Numbered from the stretch's first letter, positions 19,553 to 28,243 are shown. The stretch: DNA of 32,000 nt from Phycisphaera mikurensis NBRC 102666 (GCF_000284115.1 NC_017080.1:3270001-3302000); one strand, 5' to 3'. Numbers and translations: made by a program. Notes: generated by a model not told the origin, from the sequence alone.

Positions 19553-20803
19553 TCAGGGGTTGAACGGCGCGTTGTCCCGGGACACGCTGAAGGCGCTGCT
19601 CCCGCCGGGCGCGTTGGCGAAGTCGTACGGCCGCACGCCGGATCCGGCCCGGTTGCGTTCGAAGGCGATGCCCGAGAAGCCGCGGCCGACGTAGCCGCGG
19701 CCGCCGCCCCAGGCGCGGTTGTTGATGAAGCGGACCGCGCGCACGCCGTTGGCGTAGGCGGCGTCGTTGCCGTAGTCGGTGAAGGTCACCATGCCGTAGG
19801 CCGAGGGGAAGCCGCTGCCACCGAGCACGTTCACGCGGTTGTCGCGGACGTCCACGCCGCGGGTGCGGTTCTCCAGGTGGATGCCCCTGCGGTAGGGCTT
19901 GCCGCGCTTCGCCACGGTGACCACGTTGTTCACCACGTCGATGCCGCTGACCCGCGCGAGCGCGATGCCGAAGCCCCCGACGCCCAGGACGCGGTTCCCC
20001 CCGATCCACGAACGCCCCGCGCCGGGCACGAAGAAGCCGGTGGTGCGGCCCCGCATCTGGTACCGCAGCGGGTTCATCGCCTGCGGGAAGCGCGGATCGC
20101 CATTGCCCGCGAGCGGCTTGCCCCCGTTGGGGGCCGTTCCCGCGTCGTTGCCGGCGTCGATGGTGATGCCCGCGATGGAGGGGTTGTGGATCGTGTTGTT
20201 CCCGATCACGAAGCGGCCGCCGTCGACGGCGCGGCCGACCGGGTTGGTGCCGGGGATCCGGATCACGTCGCGGTTCCAGGCGATGGCGGTGGGGACGGAC
20301 CAGAAGGTGTTCCCTAAGACCCGGAGCCCCCGGGGGGACTCGCCGACCTTGCGAATCCCCCCGGAGCCGTTCCGGAACGTGCAGCCGCTGATCGTCAGGT
20401 TCTCGGCGCCGGGCACCACCATCGCCCGGAACCGGTCGCCCGTGGGGAGCGACGGCTGCGCGACGAACTCGATCCCTTCGAGCCGGATCCCCGCCGCCTC
20501 GAGCCGCAGCATGTCCGGCTTCGACGGCCCCTCGAAGAGCCTGAAACCGTTGCCCCTGAAGGTGACGCCGGCCGTGCGGAGGACCGCCGGCCGGTCGATC
20601 CGCAGGTCCTGCCGGAGGTTCACGGTGCCGTTGACGCCGGCGCGGCGGAAGGCATCCTCGATGCCCCAGGCGCTCCGCGCGTTCACGTCGACGGTCGCCG
20701 CGGCCGCGGCCGGTGCCGCGACGCAGGCGAGCAGCAGCGTCCAGCGGCGGACGGGTCGGCCGGCCGCGCGAGCGGCACCGCGGAGGCGGGAGATCATCAT
20801 CAT
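19553..20803 (-). CDS. Secreted right-handed parallel beta-helix protein
   Basis: Signal peptide [14 protein letters not shown]; repeated NLTISGCTFRNGS, LRVLGNTFW, FVIGNNTIHNPSIAGITID, RVSGIDVVNNVVTV, GVDVRDNRVNV rungs. Confidence 0.75.
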   Translation of the reverse strand: MMMISRLRGAARAAGRPVRRWTLLLACVAAPAAAAATVDVNARSAWGIEDAFRRAGVNGTVNLRQDLRIDRPAVLRTAGVTFRGNGFRLFEGPSKPDMLRLEAAGIRLEGIEFVAQPSLPTGDRFRAMVVPGAENLTISGCTFRNGSGGIRKVGESPRGLRVLGNTFWSVPTAIAWNRDVIRIPGTNPVGRAVDGGRFVIGNNTIHNPSIAGITIDAGNDAGTAPNGGKPLAGNGDPRFPQAMNPLRYQMRGRTTGFFVPGAGRSWIGGNRVLGVGGFGIALARVSGIDVVNNVVTVAKRGKPYRRGIHLENRTRGVDVRDNRVNVLGGSGFPSAYGMVTFTDYGNDAAYANGVRAVRFINNRAWGGGRGYVGRGFSGIAFERNRAGSGVRPYDFANAPGGSSAFSVSRDNAPFNP

Positions 20804-20924
20804 TGGGCAAGCTCCGAAGAGGAGAGGGAGAAGGAGAGGCCCGCGGAACCGCGAGCCGGTGCGTGAGGCAGATCGAAGAGCCGCCGGACCGGAATCGGCC
20901 CGCCGCGGCGGGAGACGCGCCGGC

Positions 20925-20952
20925 AGGCTAGAGAGCCGGAGCGTTCTGTCAA
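20925..20952 (-). promoter_or_regulatory. Candidate sigma70-type promoter for the beta-helix gene
   Basis: Minus strand TTGACA (20952-20947), 16-nt spacer, TAGCCT (20930-20925). Confidence 0.45.
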
Positions 20953-20961
20953 CTGTTGACA
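20947..20961. promoter_or_regulatory. Operator-like dyad overlapping the -35
   Basis: TGTCAAC-T-GTTGACA, perfect 7-bp dyad, AT-rich island in the divergent intergenic region 20804-21105. Confidence 0.5.
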
Positions 20962-21105
20962 ACCGCGGCGTCCGTGGCACGCCCGGCCCGCCCCTCCGCC
21001 GAGCGGATCCGCCGGCCGCATACCCCCTGAACAGGGGAGGGCTCAGCGAGCGGCCGGCCCTTAATTTCGCTCCCTCATCACATTCCCCGCAGGAAGAAGC
21101 TCCGC

Positions 21106-22062
21106 ATGAAACACGTCACGCCCGCCCGCCTGTCCGCGTCGGTGAAGGCCACGCTGCTCGCCGGTTTGCTCGCGCTGCCTGCCGCCCAGCCGCTCGCCTC
21201 GGCCGCGGTGCTGCTCACCGGCTCCGCCGGGGCCTCCACCAACGGCACCTCCAACCGCGGGTCGGTGGCGGCGCCGGGGATCCTCTACGGCTCGGAAGTC
21301 CGGGGCTTCGATTCCGGCACGGACTTCCCCGAATCCTTCGGCTCGGGCTACGCCGTCCACGATCCCGGTGCGGCGGCCTGGCAGCTGCGGACCGCCACGC
21401 TCGCCTCCCGCACCGCCGCCAACGCGGTCGCCACGGCCACGGGCTTCTCCCGCGACCGCCTCCGCTTCGGGAACACCGTGCCGATCCTGGTGACCTTCGA
21501 CGCCCACGCCGAGGTCTTCGCCAGCACCACGCTGGGCCCGCCGCTGGGACCCGACGAGCCCTTCAACCGGGCGCTGGCGTCCACCTCTTGGCAGGTGAAC
21601 TTCGCCCGGGGGCTCTCGCCGCTCACGCCTGAGTCCGGCAGCGGCTTCTTCCGGGCGACGGCGCGTCAAAACGCACGCGAGCCGCAGCAGATCGAGCTGG
21701 ACTTCGGCCCGACGACCTTCCGGCTCGGCGTTGACGCCGAGGTCACCATCACGACCGACTTGCGTTCGTCCGCCAGCGTCGGCAGCGAGCCGAACGCGCG
21801 GCTGGCGAGCGCGGCGGTCGACGGCCGCGCCGGCTACTGGATCGCCGGCCTCACCGACGTGCTGGGCAACGCGCTCTCCCCGGCCGACCTCGCCTTCTCC
21901 GCCGACTCCGGCAAGAGCCTCGAAAACTTCTCCTCGCCCAGCGTGGTCGCCGTGCCCGAGCCCGCCGGGTCGCTCGTGCTCGCCGCGGCGGCGATCGGCT
22001 GCACGCAACGACGCCGCCCCCGCGAGCGATCCGCGCGCGATCGCCCCTCCGCATCTGCGTGA
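21106..22062 (+). CDS. PEP-CTERM anchored secreted protein of unknown function
   Basis: Signal peptide LLAGLLALPAAQPLASAAV; C-terminus VPEPAGSLVLAAAAIGCTQRRRPRER. Confidence 0.75.
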   Translation: MKHVTPARLSASVKATLLAGLLALPAAQPLASAAVLLTGSAGASTNGTSNRGSVAAPGILYGSEVRGFDSGTDFPESFGSGYAVHDPGAAAWQLRTATLASRTAANAVATATGFSRDRLRFGNTVPILVTFDAHAEVFASTTLGPPLGPDEPFNRALASTSWQVNFARGLSPLTPESGSGFFRATARQNAREPQQIELDFGPTTFRLGVDAEVTITTDLRSSASVGSEPNARLASAAVDGRAGYWIAGLTDVLGNALSPADLAFSADSGKSLENFSSPSVVAVPEPAGSLVLAAAAIGCTQRRRPRERSARDRPSASA

Positions 22063-22216
22063 CGGGCCGCGGGGCTAAACCCGCAGGGGCCCCCGACCGC
22101 ACCGCCCGCCGGGCCCGTCGCGCCCCCGTGCCGCCCGCGCCGCGCCGCGGAGGTCGTCCGCCCGGCAAGCTCGGGCGCGTTGCCGGCTCGCGGGCCCCAC
22201 GCGGTCGCTTCGGTCG

Positions 22217-22300
22217 GTGCCGCCGCGGGTCTCCCGCCGCTACGAGCTGACGCTCGCGCACGACGGCTCCGCCTTCTCCGGCTGGGCGAAGCAGCATCCG
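22217..22300 (+). pseudogene. Orphan truA 5' fragment, copy 1 (diverged)
   Basis: GTG plus 27 codons: MPPRVSRRYELTLAHDGSAFSGWAKQHP; 70/84 nt identical to copy 2; leads into spacer at 22301. Confidence 0.85.
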
Positions 22301-22392
22301 GCTGTTTCTCGGGTGCGGGACGACCCGCACCGGCCGCCCCTCCGGGCTCGGCCACAGAGGCGGCCACGCCGCCGCTCGCGTAGCTTCGCCGC

Positions 22393-22476
22393 GTGCCGCC
22401 GCTGACCTCTCGCCGCTACAAGCTCGTGCTGGCTTGTGACGGCTCCGCCTTCTTCGGCTGGGCGAAGCAGCATCCG
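22393..22476 (+). pseudogene. Orphan truA 5' fragment, copy 2
   Basis: MPPLTSRRYKLVLACDGSAFFGWAKQHP; 83/84 nt identical to the start of intact truA. Confidence 0.88.
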
Positions 22477-22556
22477 GCTGTTTCTCGGGTGCGGGACGAC
22501 CCGCACCGGCCGCCCCTCCGGGCTCGGCCACAGCGGCGGCCACGCCGCCGCTCGCG

Positions 22557-22571
22557 TAGCTTCGCCGCGTG
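22557..22571 (+). promoter_or_regulatory. Leaderless -10/start module (truA)
   Basis: TAGCTT, 6 nt, GTG; duplicated exactly at 22381-22395. Confidence 0.6.
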
Positions 22572-23432
22572 CCGCCGCTGACCTCTCGCCGCTACAAGCT
22601 CGTGCTGGCTTATGACGGCTCCGCCTTCTTCGGCTGGGCGAAGCAGCATCCGCCCGGGGGGGCGCCGCTGCGGACGGTGCAGGGGGTGACCGAGGACACG
22701 CTGCGGCGCATCCTCAAGCCGGCGCCGGCGGCGGCCGGGCCGGGCAAGCTGAACCTGATGGGGGCGAGCCGCACCGACGCCGGCGTGCACGCGGCGGGGC
22801 AGATCGCGACCTTCGACGCGGCGACGTACCTGGACCTGACGAGCCTGCACCGGACGCTGCGGGCGTCGCTGCCGGACGACGTGGACTGCCGGTCGGCGGA
22901 GATCGTGCCCGGCGAATTCAACGTCATCGGCGACGCGGTGGCGAAGCAGTACCGCTACCGCGTGTGGCTCGGGCCGCCGGGGACGACACCCGGGAGCGGG
23001 CACCGGGTCAAGCCGCTGGGGCTGCGGCACCTGGTCGCCTCGGTGGAGGAGCCGCTCGACCTGCAGGTGATGCACGAAGCGGCGGCGGACCTCGTGGGCG
23101 AGCACGACTTCGCGGCCTTCGCGGCGGCGGGGCACAACCGGACGAGCACGGTGCGGACGGTGACGCGCTGCGAGCTGGAAGAACACCCCGACCTGCCCGG
23201 AGGCCCGGAGCTGCACCTGGTCATCGCGGGCAGCGGCTTCCTCTACAAGATGATCCGCATCGTCGTGGGCACGCTCGTGGACATCGGCCGCGGACGCATG
23301 CGCTACGACGCGGTGCGTCACGCGCTGTTCGACCCGCAGCGGAGCAACGGCGGGACGACCTTCCCGCCGAACGGGCTGTGCTTGGAGTGGATCGAACACG
23401 TTCGGCCCGACGGGAACGGCGAGGCAGCGTGA
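22569..23432 (+). CDS. truA: tRNA pseudouridine synthase A
   Basis: YKLVLAYDGSAFFGWAKQ, GASRTDAGVHAAGQIATF, FLYKMIRIVVGTLVDIGRGR. Confidence 0.92.
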   Translation: MPPLTSRRYKLVLAYDGSAFFGWAKQHPPGGAPLRTVQGVTEDTLRRILKPAPAAAGPGKLNLMGASRTDAGVHAAGQIATFDAATYLDLTSLHRTLRASLPDDVDCRSAEIVPGEFNVIGDAVAKQYRYRVWLGPPGTTPGSGHRVKPLGLRHLVASVEEPLDLQVMHEAAADLVGEHDFAAFAAAGHNRTSTVRTVTRCELEEHPDLPGGPELHLVIAGSGFLYKMIRIVVGTLVDIGRGRMRYDAVRHALFDPQRSNGGTTFPPNGLCLEWIEHVRPDGNGEAA

Positions 23433-24613
23433 TGACCGACCCGCTCCGCATCCTCCACGTCATCACGCGGCTGATCGTCGGCGGAGCGCAGATGAACACG
23501 GTGCTGTGCGCGAAGGCCCAAGCAGAAGCGGGCCACGAGGTGCACATCGCCCACGGCCCCGACGAAGGCCCCGAAGGATCGCTCGAAGCGGAGGCGGAGG
23601 CGGCGGGGGCGAGGCTGCACCTGACGCCGAGCCTGGTGCGCGCGGTGTCGCCGGCCGCGGACCGTCGGTGCCTACGCGACCTGAAGGCGACGGTCCGCGG
23701 GTTGAAGCCCGACGTGGTGCACACGCACTCGAGCAAGGCGGGGATCCTGGGGCGGGCGGCGGCGTGGGCGGTGCGCGAGCGGGACCGGCCCTTGATCCTC
23801 CACACCGTCCACGGGCTGCCGTGGAACGACGCGATGAACCCGTTGAAGCGGCGGCTCTACGTCGCGCTGGAGCGGTGGGCGGCGAGGCGGTGCGACCACC
23901 TGATCGCGATCACGCCGGCGATGGTCGACGCGTTCGTTGCGGCGGGGGTGACGACGCGGGAGCGGTTCACCGTGATCCCCAGCGGGGTCGATCTCCGGCC
24001 GTTCCTGCACGGACCGACGCCCGAGGAAGCGCGACGGGCGCTGGGCCTCGCGGACGGCCCGTGGATCGGCCTCGTCGCCCGGCTCGACCGGCTCAAGGGC
24101 CACGCCGACCTCTTCAGGGCCTGGCCGGCGATCCGGGCGGCGGTGCCGGGGGCGCGGCTGCTGCTCGTGGGCGACGGACCCGACGCGGCGGAGATCCGCG
24201 CGGCGGGCGAGGGCCTCGATGGCCTCCGCTGGCTCGGCCGCACCGAGACGGGCGACATGCCCGCCGTCTACCGCGCGCTCGACGCGTGCGTGCTGCCGAG
24301 CCACCAGGAGGGGCAGAGCCGCGTGCTCGTGGAAGCGCTCGCGGCGGGCTGCCCGGCCGTCGCCTACCGCGTGGGCGGCATGCCCGACGTGCTCGACCAC
24401 GGGCGGGCCGGGACGCTGGTGGAGCGGGGCGACACCGCCGGGCTCGCGGCCGCCGTGATCGCCGTCCTCCGGACCGACAGCCGGGTGGAGGTTTCGTGCG
24501 AGCACGGCCGGGCGCACGTCCAGCGGAGCTACTCCGTGCCCGCGATGACCGACGCGTTGGAGGCGCTGATCCAGCGGCGGGCGGCCGGGCGCGTAAAACT
24601 CCCGCGTGCCTGA
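23432..24613 (+). CDS. Group 1-type (GT4) glycosyltransferase
   Basis: LRILHVITRLIVGGAQMNTVLCAKAQAEAGHEVHIA, VVHTHSSKAGILGRAAA, PSHQEGQSRVLVEALAAGCPAVAYRVGGMPDV; start overlaps truA stop (TGATG). Confidence 0.9.
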   Translation: MTDPLRILHVITRLIVGGAQMNTVLCAKAQAEAGHEVHIAHGPDEGPEGSLEAEAEAAGARLHLTPSLVRAVSPAADRRCLRDLKATVRGLKPDVVHTHSSKAGILGRAAAWAVRERDRPLILHTVHGLPWNDAMNPLKRRLYVALERWAARRCDHLIAITPAMVDAFVAAGVTTRERFTVIPSGVDLRPFLHGPTPEEARRALGLADGPWIGLVARLDRLKGHADLFRAWPAIRAAVPGARLLLVGDGPDAAEIRAAGEGLDGLRWLGRTETGDMPAVYRALDACVLPSHQEGQSRVLVEALAAGCPAVAYRVGGMPDVLDHGRAGTLVERGDTAGLAAAVIAVLRTDSRVEVSCEHGRAHVQRSYSVPAMTDALEALIQRRAAGRVKLPRA

Positions 24614-25031
24614 GCCGCCGCTGCGACTGACCGGAACCCCGCGGGACGAGCCGGAGGTGCTGCCGCGGCGCGTCGGCGTGGCGGTGGTCGACAAAGCGAT
24701 GGGCAAGCCGGCACGCGGCCCGGTGCCGGCCCGCGAGCTGGCGATCGCCGTCGGCCTCGCGGCGGTGGCGTGCTGGCTGGCCGACCGGGTCGTGCCATTC
24801 CCGTGGAACGCGGTGGTGCTGGGCTTCGCTCTGGTCGTCGCCGGCGCGGTCGTGGTCTCGGGCCGCAGGCGTGCGCGGCGTGAGCGAGAGGCTTTCGTCG
24901 AGGAGACCGTGCTGCCCGACGGCCGCTTCCGCCGCTGCGCCGCCTGCGGCTACACGCTGAGCCCGGCGGGCATCACGCCCCCGCGGCTGTGCCCCGAGTG
25001 CGGCACCCCCACCGTCCGCCTGGCGCGTTGA
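24606..25031 (+). CDS. Small membrane protein with C-terminal zinc ribbon
   Basis: Hydrophobic segments VPFPWNAVVLGFALVVAGAVVVS; CAACGYTLSPAGITPPRLCPECGTP. Confidence 0.6.
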   Translation: MPEPPLRLTGTPRDEPEVLPRRVGVAVVDKAMGKPARGPVPARELAIAVGLAAVACWLADRVVPFPWNAVVLGFALVVAGAVVVSGRRRARREREAFVEETVLPDGRFRRCAACGYTLSPAGITPPRLCPECGTPTVRLAR

Positions 25032-25113
25032 GGCCCGCGAAGCCGCTCCGAGCGGTCGCTCGCGACGCGGCTGGCGCGTTCGTCGCGCGAGGGGCGGAGT
25101 CGGGGGCCGTCGC

Positions 25114-27162
25114 TCAGGACTGCACGCTCTCGTGGGTTCGCTTGGCGAGCATGCCTCTCGCCGCCTCGGCGATGCTCGCGGGGTCGAGGCCGGCGTCTCC
25201 GAGCTGGGCGTCGCGGGAGTCCGGACCCGCCCAGGCTTCCGGCATCGCGAGGCGCTTCACGAGGCGGGTGTCGAGGCCCTCGGCGTGAGCCGCCTCGAGC
25301 ACGGCGGCGCCGAAGCCGCCGGCGAGGGCATGGTCCTCGACGGTGAGCACCGGCACGCCGGACCCCAGCAGCTCGCGGAGCAGATCCACGTCCACCGGCT
25401 TGGCGAAGCGGGCGTCGTAGAGCGCCGGTTCGTGGCCGTGCTCGCGGAGCACGGCCAGGGCCGAGCGGCACTGCTGCACCACCGTGCCGTAGGCGAGCAC
25501 GGCGATCTCGGGGCGGCCCGCGTGGCCGCCTCTCGCCGGCGAAACGAGGTTCGCGCGGCCGAGCACGAACGGGGGAACGCTCGCCTGCGCCGGCTGCTCC
25601 GCGACCGTGTCGCGCGGGTAGCGAAGAAAGGTGGCGCTCTCGTCGCGATCGGCCATGAACCGGAGAGCGGCGACGAGATTCGGCTCGTCGCTGGCGGCGA
25701 GCAGCACGGCACCGGGCAGCCCGCGGAACAGCGAGACGTCGAGGAAGCCGTGGTGCACGGCGCCGTCGCCGCCGACGTAGCCCGCCCGGTCCATGCACAC
25801 CCGCACGGCGAGGCCCTGGAGGCTGACCTCTTGGAAGAACTGGTCGAAGGCCCGCTGGCTGAAGGTCGAGTAGACGGCGAAGAAGGGCCGCACGCCGCTC
25901 TTGGCCATGCCCGCGCACAGGTCGGCGGCGTGGCTCTCGCAGATGCCCGTGTCGATGACCCGCTGCGGGTGGCGGCGGGCCACCTCGGCCAGCCCGGTGC
26001 CGTCGGGCATGGCGGCGGTGACCGCGACGATCGAGGGGTCGGCCGCCATGCGGTCGGCCAGCGCGTCGGCGAAGGCGGCGGTGAAGCTCCGCCCCTTCTT
26101 GGCGTGCTCGACGCGGCAGGCGTTCATGGCGACCTGCGACGGGGTCGCGGGCCGCGGGATGTCGCTCCCGCCCTCGACAGCGACCAGCCGGAACGCCGCG
26201 GGCGAGTGGAATCTCGTCGCGTCGCCCTCGGCCTCGCGGAAGCCCTTGCCCTTGGTCGTCTTCACGTGCAGCAGCACGGGCCGGTTGATGAGCCGGACCT
26301 CCTCGAGCACCTCGATCAGCCAGGACAGGTCGTGCCCGTCGACCGGGCCCAGGCACAGGTGCCCAAAGTGCTCGAACATGTGGCCGCGCCGCACCAGCGC
26401 CTTCATCACGTCGCTGCCGCGCTGGTAGAGATCTTCGATCAGCCCGGGCTTGCCCGGCGCCGGCTCGCCGCCGGGGAGGCGGTCGATGAAGCCCTTCGCC
26501 CGACGCTTGATGCCGCGGTAACGCCGGCTCACGCGCACGTGGTCGAAGTAGTTCGCGAGCGCGCCCTGCGGGTGGGCGATCGACATGCCGTTGTCGTTGA
26601 GCACCGTGAGGAACTGCCGCTTCAGCGTGCCGGCCGCGTTGAGGCCCTCCAGCGAGACGCCGTTGACGATGCTCGCGTCGCCGACCAGGACGGCGACCTT
26701 CCGGCCGTGCGGCTCGGCCGTCTCGGCGCCGTCGCGCCCGCGGACGCCGGCCTCGAAGTCGTCGCCGACGGCCATGCCCACCGCGGTCGAGATCCCGGTG
26801 CCGGCGTGGCCGACCGCGAAGAGGTCCCACGGCGACTCGCCGGGCTCGGGGAAGCCGGCCATGCCGCCCTTCTGCCGCAGCTTCGGCAGCATCCCCAGCC
26901 GGCCGGTCAGCAGCTTGTGCACGTAGCACTGGTGGCCGACGTCGAACAGCAGCCGGTCGTGGCGGAAGTCGAACACCCGGTGCAGCGCCATCGTCAGCTC
27001 GACGACGCCCAGGTTGGGCGCCAGGTGCCCGCCCGAGGCCATCACCTGCGCGATGATCGCCTGGCGGATCTCCTCCGCCAGCGTCTCCATCTGCGGCACC
27101 GTCATCCGGCGCAGGTCGGCCGGGGCGAGGTCGGGGGTCAGGAGCGGCGCGGGATCGGGCAT
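25114..27162 (-). CDS. dxs: 1-deoxy-D-xylulose-5-phosphate synthase
   Basis: GHLAPNLGVVELTMALHRVF, DVGHQCYVHKLLTGR, GHAGTGISTAVGMAVG, VGDASIVNGVSLEGLN, ESHAADLCAGMAKSG, YGTVVQQCRSAL. Confidence 0.95.
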   Translation of the reverse strand: MPDPAPLLTPDLAPADLRRMTVPQMETLAEEIRQAIIAQVMASGGHLAPNLGVVELTMALHRVFDFRHDRLLFDVGHQCYVHKLLTGRLGMLPKLRQKGGMAGFPEPGESPWDLFAVGHAGTGISTAVGMAVGDDFEAGVRGRDGAETAEPHGRKVAVLVGDASIVNGVSLEGLNAAGTLKRQFLTVLNDNGMSIAHPQGALANYFDHVRVSRRYRGIKRRAKGFIDRLPGGEPAPGKPGLIEDLYQRGSDVMKALVRRGHMFEHFGHLCLGPVDGHDLSWLIEVLEEVRLINRPVLLHVKTTKGKGFREAEGDATRFHSPAAFRLVAVEGGSDIPRPATPSQVAMNACRVEHAKKGRSFTAAFADALADRMAADPSIVAVTAAMPDGTGLAEVARRHPQRVIDTGICESHAADLCAGMAKSGVRPFFAVYSTFSQRAFDQFFQEVSLQGLAVRVCMDRAGYVGGDGAVHHGFLDVSLFRGLPGAVLLAASDEPNLVAALRFMADRDESATFLRYPRDTVAEQPAQASVPPFVLGRANLVSPARGGHAGRPEIAVLAYGTVVQQCRSALAVLREHGHEPALYDARFAKPVDVDLLRELLGSGVPVLTVEDHALAGGFGAAVLEAAHAEGLDTRLVKRLAMPEAWAGPDSRDAQLGDAGLDPASIAEAARGMLAKRTHESVQS

Positions 27163-27245
27163 GCAAGCGGTCACAGAAAGCTTCGGCGGGCTGGATCCTA
27201 TCCGCCGGCGGGGGCTCCCCGGGCCCGGCGTGCCCGCCCCGGGCC

Positions 27246-28100
27246 TCACGCGCCGCGGATCGCCAGCGTCCGCGCCATCTCCCGGAGGCGATCCGCGGCG
27301 GGCCCCAGCGGCGCGAGCGCGGCGAGGGCTTCGTCGCGGTACCCCGCGATCCTCTCGCGGGTCCCGTCGACGCCGTACAGGCCCGGGTACGTGAGCTTCC
27401 CGGCGTCGGCGTCCTTGCCGGTCGCCTTGCCCAGCGCGGCGGCGTCGGCGGTGACGTCGAGGAGGTCGTCGACGGCCTGGAAGCAGATCCCCAGGCAGAC
27501 CGCGTAGACGGAGAGCTCGGCGATCGTCCGCCCGTCCGCGCCGCCGCAGATCGCGCCCATCCGGCAGGCCGCCATCAGGAGCGCCGCCGTCTTCTTGCGG
27601 TGGATGGCGCGGAGCCGCTGGTCGTCGGTCGCGTCCGCGGGGAAGCCGCCGACGGTGTCGAGCACCTGGCCGGCGATCATGTCGGTGGTGGCCCGGGCGA
27701 GCTCGCCGGGCAGTCGGCGGTCGAGGCCGGGGGCGGAGAGCGCCTCGGCGGCGAGCGACTGCAAGCCGTCGCCGGCGAGGATCGCGAGGTCCTCGCGGAA
27801 GGCCCGGTGGGCCGTCGGCCGGCCGCGGCGCAGGTCGTCGTCGTCCATCGCCGGGAGGTCGTCGTGGACCAGCGAGAAGGCGTGGACCATCTCGATGGCG
27901 ACGGCGGCGGGCAGCGCGGCCTCCCAAGCGCCGCCGACGGCCTCGCAGGCGCGGAGGCAGAGGATCGGCCGCGTCCGCTTGCCCGGTCCGAGCACGGCGT
28001 AGAGCACCGCGTCCTCGAGCGGTTGCGGGAGCCCACGCGCCCGCACCGCGGCCCCGATGGCCGCGTCGACCCGTCGCTTCAGCTCTTCGTCCGACTCCAA
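27246..28100 (-). CDS. Polyprenyl (farnesyl/geranylgeranyl) diphosphate synthase
   Basis: GKRTRPILCLRACEAVGG, EMVHAFSLVHDDLPAMDDDDLRRGRPTAHRAF, FQAVDDLLDVTAD. Start uncertain: TTG 28100 (after an AGAGGG SD and upstream TATGTT) or GTG 28220. Confidence 0.88.
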   Translation of the reverse strand: MESDEELKRRVDAAIGAAVRARGLPQPLEDAVLYAVLGPGKRTRPILCLRACEAVGGAWEAALPAAVAIEMVHAFSLVHDDLPAMDDDDLRRGRPTAHRAFREDLAILAGDGLQSLAAEALSAPGLDRRLPGELARATTDMIAGQVLDTVGGFPADATDDQRLRAIHRKKTAALLMAACRMGAICGGADGRTIAELSVYAVCLGICFQAVDDLLDVTADAAALGKATGKDADAGKLTYPGLYGVDGTRERIAGYRDEALAALAPLGPAADRLREMARTLAIRGA

Positions 28101-28243
28101 GAGACCCTCTTCCGGGTGGGGACCGCGTGCGGGGCGAACATAGAGAGGAAGCCCCGCCGCCGGCGCCGCTTCCGGCTTCGGCGGGCACCGGCTGGCAACC
28201 GGGCCGCAAACCTGCGACACTGCCGCGGGCGACCCGGGTCCGC

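Larger units (their letters stand above)
22301..22652 (+). repeat. Two tandem 176-bp units, each = 92-nt spacer + 84 nt of truA 5' coding sequence
   Basis: Unit A 22301-22476 and unit B 22477-22652 differ at only two positions (22358 A / 22534 C; 22436 G / 22612 A). Confidence 0.95.

Noticed and set aside
17571-20810. 1079-aa minus-strand ORF opposite the K+ transporter and beta-helix genes
   Set aside because: Shadow frame antisense to well-supported TrkH/KtrB and out of frame with the beta-helix protein.
22069-22084. GCGGG-GCTAAA-CCCGC hairpin sharing GCTAAACCCGC with 7266-7276
   Set aside because: Probably a short terminator-like hairpin after the PEP-CTERM gene; only 11 nt shared, with no start codon at the expected distance.
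24594-24608. TAAAAC-6nt-GTG before the zinc-ribbon gene and TAAACC-7nt-ATG before the 7281 lipoprotein gene as further leaderless modules
   Set aside because: The final T of TANNNT is missing in both, so I did not count them among the twelve.
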